A stretch of DNA of 64,000 bases from an uncultured Verrucomicrobiae bacterium. GTDB taxonomy: Bacteria; Verrucomicrobiota; Verrucomicrobiia; Chthoniobacterales; UBA10450. Below are positions 10,440-19,370 of this stretch, in pieces. Below the pieces are notes generated by a model, which saw nothing but the letters and a program-made list of their open reading frames with translations, was not told where the DNA came from and did not search any database. Position numbers and translations under genes: made by a program. Numbering within the stretch: the stretch's first letter is position 1; every line of letters starts with the position of its first letter. The stretch spans positions 1,440,001 through 1,504,000 of the forward strand of contig CAVYXA010000001.1 of the NCBI GenBank assembly GCA_963772365.1, read 5' to 3'.

Positions 10440-11396
10440 TTAGCGACTTTCCCTCGACCAATCGGAGCGTGGCGCCCGAGCGGCAAATTGGTCCGGGGCT
10501 ATTTCATGAGCGGTCCGAAAGTGAACTTTAGCCACTTCCCGGAGTGCTTCGGCTCCCCTTTTTTCCACCAACTCTTTCGCGGTGGCTTTCACATTGGGCG
10601 AAACACCTCGCTCTAGCCGTAACCCCAATTCTTTGCCCCTGCGTTCCAACCAATTAATGAATCCTTCGCGCGCCAAAACCGATGCCGCAGCGACCGCGAT
10701 GTCCGATTCAGCCCTGGGTCGCTGTTGGATCTCGATCTTGCGACCATGCTTGAGCAAGGACTGCTTGATCACTCGCGCATCAGCAAATTGATCCGACAAC
10801 GAACGCGGGCAGTCCGGCTTGCGCATCAGGAGATTCTCGATCACCCGAGCGTGCCCCCATCCGAGCAAGCTATTTAAATTGCTGAACTTTTGGTACAGGT
10901 CGTTGTATTTCGCCGGTCCGATCAAGACCGTATCGACCAATCCCATCGCACTTTTTCGGACCACGTCCGCCAGCGACCGAATCCGTGCGTCCGACCCGAT
11001 TCGCTTGCTGTCTTGAACGCCGGCATCCAAAAGCTTGCGCGCAATGCCGCCATCCACATACACACCCGAAATTACCAACGGTCCAAAGAAATCGCCCTTC
11101 CCGCTTTCATCCACGCCAAAGTGCGACTCGAACATCTCCGGCGAATGCACCTCTTCGTAGCCAAGCCTTGCTTCGCCCAGTATTTTCGGCTCGATCTCAA
11201 ACTGCACGAACTCTTCCACGCCCTTTCCCTGGACTAGAACTTTCGGCCCCTTCTCATAAACGGCCACACTGAGTTTGTTTTTCTGAGCAAAGAAAATCGT
11301 GTAAGGCTTGGGCGAAAATTCAAACCCCGCTTCCTCCAACAACACGCGCAGCTTCCCGACCTGTTCGTTCGTCAAAGGCTGGGTGTAGGCATTCAT
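10440..11396 (-). CDS. rnhC: Ribonuclease HIII
   Basis: N-terminal TBP-like domain (YEKGPKVLVQGK), GVDESGKGDFFGP, DSKR, SDQF, VAAASVLAR; start at MNAYTQPL. Confidence 0.92.
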   Translation of the reverse strand: MNAYTQPLTNEQVGKLRVLLEEAGFEFSPKPYTIFFAQKNKLSVAVYEKGPKVLVQGKGVEEFVQFEIEPKILGEARLGYEEVHSPEMFESHFGVDESGKGDFFGPLVISGVYVDGGIARKLLDAGVQDSKRIGSDARIRSLADVVRKSAMGLVDTVLIGPAKYNDLYQKFSNLNSLLGWGHARVIENLLMRKPDCPRSLSDQFADARVIKQSLLKHGRKIEIQQRPRAESDIAVAAASVLAREGFINWLERRGKELGLRLERGVSPNVKATAKELVEKRGAEALREVAKVHFRTAHEIAPDQFAARAPRSDWSRESR

Positions 11397-11525
11397 TGCA
11401 AGCCAGAGATTAACACGAGCAAAGGACGAAGCGCGAATTACGAATGTCGAAGCAATTCTTCGTGAGTCTTCACACGAATTACCGGGCTGGAGTCTGGTGG
11501 AGTCAAAGGCAACAAGGAAAACGAA

Positions 11526-12194
11526 ATGAAAAACAAGCTTGCCTGGCTCGAGGCAGGATTGCTCGTCGCGCCGTTCGTGGCTCTTGCTCTTGTCTGGAAG
11601 CGAATCCGGGCTCGCGTCCCGATTCACTGGAACTTCCGCGGCGAAATCGATGGCTGGAGCTCGAAAACATTTGGCCTTCTTCTCACGCCGTGCATCGGTC
11701 TGGCAGTCGTCGGACTTTTGCACGTCGTATCTCGGCTTGACCCGAAATTGCGGCGAAACCTGGCGAACAGAGATCGCATGAACAGGGTCTTGCAAGTTTT
11801 ACGTATTGCCTTTGCCAGTTTTTTCGACGCGATTCTTGCGATTCAAATCGCCGCCGCCTTCGGTTATAAGCTCGGGAGCACTCACGCAATCAGCGCTTGC
11901 GTCCTTCTCGTCTTTTTGGTCATCGGGAATTACCTTCCGAAGCTACAGCCAAACTACTTTGTCGGTATCCGCACGCCGTGGACGCTGGAAAATTCTGAGA
12001 CTTGGCGCGCCACGCATCGACTCGGCGGTAAACTGATGTTCTTTGGTTCGTTGTTGCTGCTGATTCTCCAGTTTTTTGTAACGCCGAGCATTTTCGGTGT
12101 TCTGCTAACGATCTTCATTGCGCTGCTCGTACTTTGGGCGTTTCTGTATTCCTGGTATCATTTTCGAACGCATGCCGCCGCGCCAGAAACGTGA
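11526..12194 (+). CDS. SdpI-family membrane protein (DUF1648)
   Basis: VPIHWNFRGEIDGW and PNYFVGIRTPWTL...WRATHRLGG motifs; multiple TM helices. Confidence 0.88.
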   Translation: MKNKLAWLEAGLLVAPFVALALVWKRIRARVPIHWNFRGEIDGWSSKTFGLLLTPCIGLAVVGLLHVVSRLDPKLRRNLANRDRMNRVLQVLRIAFASFFDAILAIQIAAAFGYKLGSTHAISACVLLVFLVIGNYLPKLQPNYFVGIRTPWTLENSETWRATHRLGGKLMFFGSLLLLILQFFVTPSIFGVLLTIFIALLVLWAFLYSWYHFRTHAAAPET

Positions 12195-12195
12195 T

Positions 12196-13182
12196 TTGCC
12201 GTTCGAATGGGTATTGTTTCGGCGGAAACTTCTGCACTGGTTCCGGCGAAACGGCCGCGATTTACCGTGGCGTCATACACGCGATCCGTACGCCGTTGTT
12301 ATCTCCGAGTTCATGCTCCAGCAAACCAGGGTCGGTGTGGTAATCCCGTACTATAATAGATGGCTCCGCCGGTTTCCGGAGTTCGCGGCCCTTGCCCATG
12401 CATCTGAGAACGATGTTCTCCACGCCTGGCAAGGACTCGGGTACTACGCCCGACCCCGAAATCTTCATGATCTCGCTCGAACTGTGATTGATCGCCACGG
12501 TGGATGGTTTCCAAACCAGATCGACGAAATGCGAAAACTGCCGGGAATTGGAAAATACACGGCCAACGCGATCGCTACCTTTGCGTTCGACCAATCTGTT
12601 CCCATCGTCGAGGCCAATACCGCCCGCGTTTTGACTCGGATTTTCAACGTTCAGACCACGCTGGACCGACCGAACGGCCGCGCGCAGTTATGGGAGCGCG
12701 CGAGTTTACTCGTTCCGAAGCGTTCCGCGCGCGCCTTTAACTCCGCGCTTGTCGATCTGGGAGCGATGATCTGTTTGCCGAAACCAAAGTGCGGAATCTG
12801 TCCCGTGAAAACTTTTTGCCGCGCGCGCAATCCCGAGATGCTCCCACACAAAAGAGCGCGACCGTTGATCCAACGACTTGTCGAAGATCACGCCTTCAGC
12901 ATTCGGAAAAATAAGATTCTCCTCGAGCAATCACAGAAGCGCTGGCAGAGAATGTGGATATTGCCAACTATAAAATCAAAAAGCGAACACAGCCGCCCGA
13001 TTTTCGTTTTGGCATTTCCATTTACGAATCATCGCATCACACTCCGGGTTTTCCAGCGTGCGCCAAGTAAGATCGACAAGAAAAGGCAGCGCTGGTTTGC
13101 GCCGGGTAAACTGAATTCCATTCCAATCCCGTCGCCGCATCGGCGAGCCATCGAACATCTACTAATGTCGTCGGGGAAATGA
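12196..13182 (+). CDS. mutY: A/G-specific adenine glycosylase
   Basis: RDLPWR, SEFMLQQT, WQGLGYY, LPGIGKYTA HhH motif, four-Cys Fe-S cluster (CLPKPKCGICPVKTFC). Start uncertain (TTG 12196). Confidence 0.92.
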   Translation: MPFEWVLFRRKLLHWFRRNGRDLPWRHTRDPYAVVISEFMLQQTRVGVVIPYYNRWLRRFPEFAALAHASENDVLHAWQGLGYYARPRNLHDLARTVIDRHGGWFPNQIDEMRKLPGIGKYTANAIATFAFDQSVPIVEANTARVLTRIFNVQTTLDRPNGRAQLWERASLLVPKRSARAFNSALVDLGAMICLPKPKCGICPVKTFCRARNPEMLPHKRARPLIQRLVEDHAFSIRKNKILLEQSQKRWQRMWILPTIKSKSEHSRPIFVLAFPFTNHRITLRVFQRAPSKIDKKRQRWFAPGKLNSIPIPSPHRRAIEHLLMSSGK

Positions 13183-13345
13183 TCGCGCATCAACTTCCTA
13201 TGCGCTCTTGGCTTCAATCTCTTCGAGGCCACCGGTGGATCGCCGGCCGTGCTGCCTTCGTGCTCCCATAAACGACGGGATAGTTAGGATTTTGGCAGTT
13301 CTTTCTATTTGTTATTTCCGCGCTCTTTCGAGAAGCTGGATCGCT

Positions 13346-14221
13346 GTGAAAAGCATGACAGGTTACGGACGCGGCGAAGCTGACTACGACGGCACGAAGT
13401 TTTGCGTCGAACTTAATTCAGTGAACCGCAAGCAAAGCGATATTGTCATCAATCTGCCTCGCGATCTGATCGAGCTGGAACCGAGGATTCGTCAGACGAT
13501 CAATGAAAGCATCTCACGCGGCCGGACCAATGTCCTTGTCAGTTATCACAGCGGCCCAAATGCGACGCCTCGACCCGCGCTCAACGTCGATTTGGCTCGC
13601 TCGTACTACGAGGCGATCCGCGCATTACAAAAAGAACTAAACGCAACCGGTGAGATCGACATCGGCACAATTTTGCAAGCTCCCGGGGTCATGCACGTTC
13701 CCCAGATTACAATTGAAACACGCGAGGCCTGGCCAGTTATCGAACGTGCGCTCCATTCCGCGCTGGCGGAATTGCTGAAAATGCGAGAACGCGAAGGGAA
13801 ACACCTCGCCAAAGATTTAATCCGTCGGCTCAAGGAAATGCGGAGACAGATCAAGGAAATCCGCGCGATACATCCTGAGGTCGTTAAGCAATATCGAGCA
13901 GCTCTTCTTGATCGCATCGAAAAGGCCGGTCTGGCCATCACCTCGGATGACGAGAGATTGACGAAGGAGATTCTGTTTTTCGCAGATCGAACCGATGTTA
14001 CCGAGGAGCTGACCCGGGTGGAAAGTCATCTGGCGCAGTTCGCTCATCACTTGCGCAAGAATGAGCCCGTGGGCCGCACTCTGGAATTCATCACCCAGGA
14101 AATTTTTCGGGAACTCAATACGCTGGGAGCCAAAGCCAACGATGCCCCCATTTCGCAGGCTGTAGTTGCCTGCAAAGCCGAGCTGGAAAAAATTCGCGAG
14201 CAAATTCAGAACCTTGAATAA
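13346..14221 (+). CDS. yicC: YicC/YloC-family endoribonuclease
   Basis: SMTGYGR, SVNRK, GRTLEFITQEIFRELNTLGAK, EKIREQIQNLE; sits upstream of gmk. Confidence 0.92.
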   Translation: MKSMTGYGRGEADYDGTKFCVELNSVNRKQSDIVINLPRDLIELEPRIRQTINESISRGRTNVLVSYHSGPNATPRPALNVDLARSYYEAIRALQKELNATGEIDIGTILQAPGVMHVPQITIETREAWPVIERALHSALAELLKMREREGKHLAKDLIRRLKEMRRQIKEIRAIHPEVVKQYRAALLDRIEKAGLAITSDDERLTKEILFFADRTDVTEELTRVESHLAQFAHHLRKNEPVGRTLEFITQEIFRELNTLGAKANDAPISQAVVACKAELEKIREQIQNLE

Positions 14222-14825
14222 CCGATTCAGCCGTTACGGAATTCTTTTTGTTGTTTCTGCGCCATCCGGAGCCGGCAAGACCACTCTTGTAGAAGCGCTG
14301 CGGCGAACACCGAATTTTTTTTACTCCGTTTCCTGCACTACCCGGCCTGCTCGCAGCGGCGAAGTCGATGGCGAGGATTATCGTTTTCTTTCCACCGCTG
14401 AGTTCGAATCGCGAGTCAAGGCAGGCGAATTGCTTGAGCACGCTCAGGTGCACGGCGATTATTACGGAACCCTGAGCGAGCCGGTAATGACAAATTTGAA
14501 GAATGGTATTGATGTTTTGATCGACATCGACACTCAAGGCGCCGCGACCATTCGGAATTGCGCTGATCCTTTGATTCGTCAGGCGCTGGCGGACGTATTC
14601 ATCATGCCGCCTGATCTGGATGAATTGCGGCGACGCTTGAAGAAGCGCGGCACGGAAAGTGATGAGCAGATCGAGCGGCGTCTAAAAACCGCTGCGCGGG
14701 AAATGGAATCGTGGAAGAAATATCGCTATACCATCATCAGCAAATCCATCGAAGAAGATTTGCAAAAGTTCCGAAACATCATGAGCGCGGAAAGTTATTT
14801 GAGCCGGCGATTGATCCAGAGATGA
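14214..14825 (+). CDS. gmk: Guanylate kinase
   Basis: APSGAGKTT P-loop, SVSCTTRPAR.GEVDGEDY, YYGT, DIDTQGA. Confidence 0.95.
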   Translation: MNNRFSRYGILFVVSAPSGAGKTTLVEALRRTPNFFYSVSCTTRPARSGEVDGEDYRFLSTAEFESRVKAGELLEHAQVHGDYYGTLSEPVMTNLKNGIDVLIDIDTQGAATIRNCADPLIRQALADVFIMPPDLDELRRRLKKRGTESDEQIERRLKTAAREMESWKKYRYTIISKSIEEDLQKFRNIMSAESYLSRRLIQR

Positions 14826-14844
14826 ACGCCGCACGGTTTTCCAC

Positions 14845-14936
14845 TGTCATGTTGAGCGAAGCGAAACATCTCAAACTATTTGTTTGTCGCGATGGAAGAG
14901 AATGATCAGAGATTCTTCGCTGCGCTCAGAATGACA
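14845..14936. repeat. Inverted pair of GTCAT...GAGCGAAGCGAA palindromic repeats
   Basis: tgtcatgttgagcgaagcgaaacatctc ... gagattcttcgctgcgctcagaatgaca; related copies at 21011, 24387, 40456. Confidence 0.8.
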
Positions 14937-14944
14937 ACGGGCGG

Positions 14945-15580
14945 ATGATCGTTGATCCTGACCAATGGCTAATCGAAAATCGAAATTCGAAAAACCTCTC
15001 CGGAGCGACAGTCGGCCGAATCGACAATCAACCGTCGGTACTCGGCGTTACCGGATCAATCGCAGCCTACAAATCGGCCGAGCTGACGAGTCTGCTGGTG
15101 AAGCAGGGACATGAAGTTTTCGTCGTGATGACAAAAGACGCGACCGAATTTATTACGCCGCTCACTCTCCAGACTCTTTCAAAGAATCCAGTCATGACGA
15201 GCTTCTACGATGAGAAAGAGAGCTGGCGACCCGGACATATTGAATTGGCGGATCGCGCCAATCTTCTTTTGATCGCGCCCGCCACTGTGCACATCATCGC
15301 GGAGCTGGCCAACGGTTTGGCCGGCCATCCGCTCGCCGCCATCGCGCTTGCTACTCGTGCACCAATTTTGATCGCGCCGGCTATGAATGGAAAGATGTGG
15401 GAAAACCGCGCCACCCAGGACAATGTCGAGAGATTAAAAGCACGCGGGATGGAATTCATCGGGCCTGAAGAAGGAATGCTTGCCTGCGGTTACGAAGGCG
15501 TGGGTCGTCTCTGGAAGGTTGAGGACATTGCATTTCGCGCCGAGTTCATACTGGCACGACAGCAAAAATTGATCGCGTGA
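14945..15580 (+). CDS. coaC: Phosphopantothenoylcysteine decarboxylase (stand-alone)
   Basis: VLGVTGSIAAYK, HIELAD, APAT, APAMN, LACGYEGVGRL. Alternative start ATG 14965 with one extra G near 15037. Confidence 0.88.
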   Translation: MIVDPDQWLIENRNSKNLSGATVGRIDNQPSVLGVTGSIAAYKSAELTSLLVKQGHEVFVVMTKDATEFITPLTLQTLSKNPVMTSFYDEKESWRPGHIELADRANLLLIAPATVHIIAELANGLAGHPLAAIALATRAPILIAPAMNGKMWENRATQDNVERLKARGMEFIGPEEGMLACGYEGVGRLWKVEDIAFRAEFILARQQKLIA

Positions 15581-16221
15581 GATTTCTCGTCACGGCGGGC
15601 CCAACGCGTGAGCCGATCGATCCCGTTCGCTACTTAAGCAATCGTTCGTCTGGCAAAATGGGTTACGCCATTGCCGAGGCAGCAATCGAAGCCGGACATG
15701 AGGTTGTGTTGATCTCCGGTCCGGTCCATCTCGATCCCCCGACCGGAGCGAAATTTATCTCCGTCACGACCGCGGCCGAAATGTTTGAGGCCGTTCATCG
15801 AGAATCCGGGGCGTATGACGTATGCGTTTTGTGCGCCGCGGTTGCCGATTACAAGCCGTTGAAATTTTCCTCGAGCAAAATAAAAAAAACCGGCGACGCA
15901 ATTTCTCTCGAGCTCGTTCCCACTCGGGACATTCTCGCCTCGCTGTCAAAACAGGATCGACAATTTCTGGTGGTCGGATTCGCCGCCGAAACTGACGATA
16001 TGGAAAAAAACGCCCGGGGAAAAATGCGCGACAAGGATTGCGACATCATCGTGGCCAACGACGCTGTCACGGGAATCGAAGGTGATGAAAACGAAGTTGT
16101 CGTACTGTTTCAAAACGGCGGGAAGCAAAGAATTTCCCGCGCGCCAAAAAAAATCATCGCGCGCGAACTCGTAGAAATATTTTTAAATTCGTGCGAAAAA
16201 CGTTTGACAAAAAAAATGTGA
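15577..16221 (+). CDS. coaB: Phosphopantothenate--cysteine ligase (stand-alone)
   Basis: LVTAGPTREPIDPVRYLSNRSSGKMG, AAVADY, GFAAET, IVAND; GTGA overlap with coaC. Confidence 0.9.
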   Translation: MRFLVTAGPTREPIDPVRYLSNRSSGKMGYAIAEAAIEAGHEVVLISGPVHLDPPTGAKFISVTTAAEMFEAVHRESGAYDVCVLCAAVADYKPLKFSSSKIKKTGDAISLELVPTRDILASLSKQDRQFLVVGFAAETDDMEKNARGKMRDKDCDIIVANDAVTGIEGDENEVVVLFQNGGKQRISRAPKKIIARELVEIFLNSCEKRLTKKM

Positions 16222-16303
16222 TGATTACTTGACTCGATGTAAGTGAAGTTATTCCCAACTCACAAATTTCCGCGATTGCGGATTGAAAGGGGGGAACCAG
16301 TCG

Positions 16304-16360
16304 ATGGCTAAGAAGAAAAAAGCAGCAAAGAAAAAAGCAGCGAAGAAGAAAAGGCATTAA
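16304..16360 (+). CDS. Putative 18-aa basic microprotein MAKKKKAAKKKAAKKKRH
   Basis: GAAAGGGGGG RBS-like run upstream, mixed AAA/AAG and GCT/GCA/GCG codons, followed by a hairpin and an intrinsic terminator. Confidence 0.7.
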   Translation: MAKKKKAAKKKAAKKKRH

Positions 16361-16417
16361 CGCCTGACGCTAGCGAACGGTCCCGAATTTCTTCGGGACC
16401 ATAAATCCAACTTCAAC

Positions 16418-16453
16418 CCGGGAGGAGAATTTATTTTCCTCCCGGTTTTTTTT
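16418..16453 (+). terminator. Rho-independent terminator
   Basis: ccgggagga-gaatttattt-tcctcccgg followed by 8 T; a second hairpin ggtcccgaa-tttc-ttcgggacc lies at 16379-16400. Confidence 0.85.
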
Positions 16454-16524
16454 GGTTGAATAGTTGAGAGGAAGTTTGCTGCCGATTCTAACCAACGGCT
16501 CAACTCCTCAAACTCTCACCTTCC

Positions 16525-17289
16525 ATGAAACATTATCTCGAGGCAGCCGAACGAGCCGCGCGAGCCGCCGGCAAACTGCTCCGCAAAAATTTTCAGCATC
16601 CGCAGCGCGTGCAATCGGCGCAGGCGCACGACCTCAAGCTCGAGATCGATGTGCGCGCGCAGGAATTGATTACGCGCTCCCTGCTGAAGCAATTTCCACA
16701 TCACGCTCTGTATGGCGAAGAAGCCATGGTCGGGGATCAGACAAACGAACACCAATGGGTCGTCGATCCTCTGGATGGAACGGTGAATTATTTTTACGGC
16801 ATCCCGCATTTCTGCGTGTCGATCGCGTTTCGGTTCCAGGGCGAAATTATCGCAGGCGTGATCTATGATCCGATGCGCGAGGAAACGTGGTGCGGACAAA
16901 AAGGAGAAAAACCGCGGCTCAACGGCCATCATTTCCACGTCAGCGAGCGCACCGAACTGGCCGAAGCTGTGATTTCGGTAGGTCTTTCTAAAACAGATAA
17001 TTTGATCGATGCGAATCTTCCGCTGCTCGATGAAATGGTTCATCGCGTCCGGAAATGTCGTGTGTTCGGCAGCGCTGCACTCGATATGGCGTATGTGGCA
17101 TGTGGACGGTTCGACGCCTACATCGAACGGGGAATTAGTTTGTGGGACATTGCCGCCGGATGGTTGTTGATTGAAACGGCTGGCGGCAAAGTCGATCTCC
17201 GGCCGCGTAAAGATCTAAAAGATAAATACAGCATTATCGCCACCAATGGTGTTCTAAATCTAGGATTGCGAATGACGAATGCCCAATGA
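16525..17289 (+). CDS. suhB: Inositol monophosphatase family protein
   Basis: GEE, WVVDPLDGTVNY, GSAALDMAYVACGRFD, WDIAAG. Confidence 0.88.
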   Translation: MKHYLEAAERAARAAGKLLRKNFQHPQRVQSAQAHDLKLEIDVRAQELITRSLLKQFPHHALYGEEAMVGDQTNEHQWVVDPLDGTVNYFYGIPHFCVSIAFRFQGEIIAGVIYDPMREETWCGQKGEKPRLNGHHFHVSERTELAEAVISVGLSKTDNLIDANLPLLDEMVHRVRKCRVFGSAALDMAYVACGRFDAYIERGISLWDIAAGWLLIETAGGKVDLRPRKDLKDKYSIIATNGVLNLGLRMTNAQ

Positions 17290-17383
17290 CGAATGATAAA
17301 GGAATAACGAAGCACGAAGTTTTTCGCCATTCACCATGCGGGTGTGATTGGTCATTCGTCGTTCCAGATTCATCATTTTTCCC

Positions 17384-17860
17384 ATGATCCGCACCGGCAT
17401 TGGTTACGACGTACATCCGCTGGCCGAAGGGCGAAAGCTGATCTTGGGCGGTATCGAGATCGCCTACGCGCGCGGACTGGCCGGTCATTCCGATGCCGAT
17501 GTTCTTTCTCATGCGATTGCGGATGCTTTACTCGGCGCGATCGGCGCCGGTGATATCGGTCAGCATTTTCCAAATACCGATGAGTCTTTTCGTGATATGA
17601 GCAGTTTGGATATTTTGCGTCATGTCGCCGCGCTTCTGACAAAACAAAAAGCGCAACCTATCAACGTCGATGCTACCGTGATCGCCGAGGCGCCCAAGGT
17701 CGCGCCGCACATCTCGGCGATGCGCCAGAAGATCGCCACAGCAATTCTCCTGAACGAATCACAAGTGAGCATCAAGGCGACGACCAACGAGCAGCTCGGC
17801 TCAATCGGACGGGGCGAAGGCATCGCGGCCATGGCCGTGGCGACGGTCGAGATGGAGTGA
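17384..17860 (+). CDS. ispF: 2-C-methyl-D-erythritol 2,4-cyclodiphosphate synthase
   Basis: GIGYDVH, GHSDADVLSHAIADALLGA, GDIGQHFP, KATTNE. Confidence 0.95.
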   Translation: MIRTGIGYDVHPLAEGRKLILGGIEIAYARGLAGHSDADVLSHAIADALLGAIGAGDIGQHFPNTDESFRDMSSLDILRHVAALLTKQKAQPINVDATVIAEAPKVAPHISAMRQKIATAILLNESQVSIKATTNEQLGSIGRGEGIAAMAVATVEME

Positions 17861-19362
17861 TGCGCTTTTTCAACACCTATTCGCGCCAGCTCGAAGAATT
17901 CACGTCTCGAGATCCAGCTTCGCGGAAGATCGACATGTACACATGCGGTCCGACCGTTTATAGCCGCGCGCACATCGGAAATTTCCGCGCCTACGTTTTC
18001 GAGGACTTGCTGCAACGCCATCTGGAGTTGCGCGGCTACGGCGTTCATCGGGTGATGAACATTACCGACGTAGATGACAAAACGATCCGTGGCGCCCGCG
18101 AAGCAAAGATTCCGCTCTCGAAGTTTACCGAGCCATTTAAGCGGGCCTTTCTGGAAGACATGGAGACGTTGCGAATCAAGCGAGCCGATGAATTTCCGGC
18201 CGCGACAGACCAGCGTTACATCGTCAGGATGATTTCGATGATCGACACTTTGATTTCCCGCGGCCTTGCTTATCAGGCTGAAGACAAATCAGTCTATTTT
18301 CGAATCAACAAGTTTCCAGATTACGGCCGGCTGGCTCATTTCGACCTGACTCAATTGCAATCGACGGACCGAGTGAAGCATGACGAATATGATAAGGAAC
18401 ACATCGGCGACTTCGCACTTTGGAAAGCGTCGGACGAAGAAGATGGTGAGGTAAAGTGGGATTCACCATGGGGACCGGGCCGGCCCGGCTGGCATATCGA
18501 ATGCAGCGCAATGGCGACTGCGTTGTTAGGCGATCAAATCGATATTCACTGCGGCGGTGTGGACAACATTTTCCCGCATCACGAAGCCGAGATTGCGCAA
18601 AGCGAAGGCGTCACCGGAAAGAAATTTGTGCGCTACTGGCTGCATTGCGCACATCTGCTCGTCGATGGACAGAAGATGGCGAAGTCACTCGGTAATTTTT
18701 ACACCGTGCCCGATGTGCTGGCGAAAGGCTACAGTGGTCGCGAGCTTCGTTATGCTCTAATCCGAGTTCATTACCGCACGCCACTGAATTTCACCTGGGA
18801 AAGTATGAATGAATCTCGCGAAGCGCTCGGCCGAATCGACGATTGGCTGGAACGCTTGCGAGAGATCGGGAAAAATACAGTGGAACTTCGGCCCTCACCT
18901 GGCGCTTCGCGTCCGCCTCTCCCTCAGGGAGAGGCGCGCGAGCAGCAGCACAACGGTGAGGGATTGCCGAACCAAGAATTTGAAGAAGCGCTCGATGACG
19001 ATCTGAATATCTCAGCCGCGCTTGGTTTTTTGTTTGAATCGATTCGGGAAACGAATCGCGCAATGGACCAAAATAAAGTGAACGGTGTCACCGCAGCCGC
19101 CTGGTTGAAATGGTGGAAGCGAATTAACAACGTGCTCCAGCTTGAGACCGAAATGGAGCCTGCGCCGCCGAGAGAAGTGACGCAGCTCGCAACGGAACGC
19201 CAGCAAGCGCGCCATGACAAAGATTTCAAGCGAAGTGACGAATTGCGTGACAAGATCGCCGAGCTCGGCTGGGAAGTGCGCGACACCAAAGATGGACAGA
19301 AACTCACGCCCCGAAGCGCCATGATTTCTGCTCGCAACGAAATGGGCAATTCTTCATCCTGA
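17860..19362 (+). CDS. cysS: Cysteine--tRNA ligase
   Basis: YTCGPTVY, HIGN, DFALWK, GRPGWHIECSAM, KMAKS, DDDLN; carries a repeat-derived insertion at 18892-18962. Confidence 0.97.
   Translation: MRFFNTYSRQLEEFTSRDPASRKIDMYTCGPTVYSRAHIGNFRAYVFEDLLQRHLELRGYGVHRVMNITDVDDKTIRGAREAKIPLSKFTEPFKRAFLEDMETLRIKRADEFPAATDQRYIVRMISMIDTLISRGLAYQAEDKSVYFRINKFPDYGRLAHFDLTQLQSTDRVKHDEYDKEHIGDFALWKASDEEDGEVKWDSPWGPGRPGWHIECSAMATALLGDQIDIHCGGVDNIFPHHEAEIAQSEGVTGKKFVRYWLHCAHLLVDGQKMAKSLGNFYTVPDVLAKGYSGRELRYALIRVHYRTPLNFTWESMNESREALGRIDDWLERLREIGKNTVELRPSPGASRPPLPQGEAREQQHNGEGLPNQEFEEALDDDLNISAALGFLFESIRETNRAMDQNKVNGVTAAAWLKWWKRINNVLQLETEMEPAPPREVTQLATERQQARHDKDFKRSDELRDKIAELGWEVRDTKDGQKLTPRSAMISARNEMGNSSS
18892..18962. 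repeat. Palindromic element in frame within cysS
   Basis: ccctcacc (18892) ... ggtgaggg (18962) outer arms; inner hairpin cgcctctccc-tca-gggagaggcg. Confidence 0.8.
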
Positions 19363-19370
19363 GGCCCCAA

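Noticed and set aside
10440..11795. Long N-terminal extensions in the ORF track (rnhC, TPR gene, gcvT, APC permease, permeases)
   Set aside because: They overlap neighbouring genes or the tRNA; downstream starts match the family N-termini.
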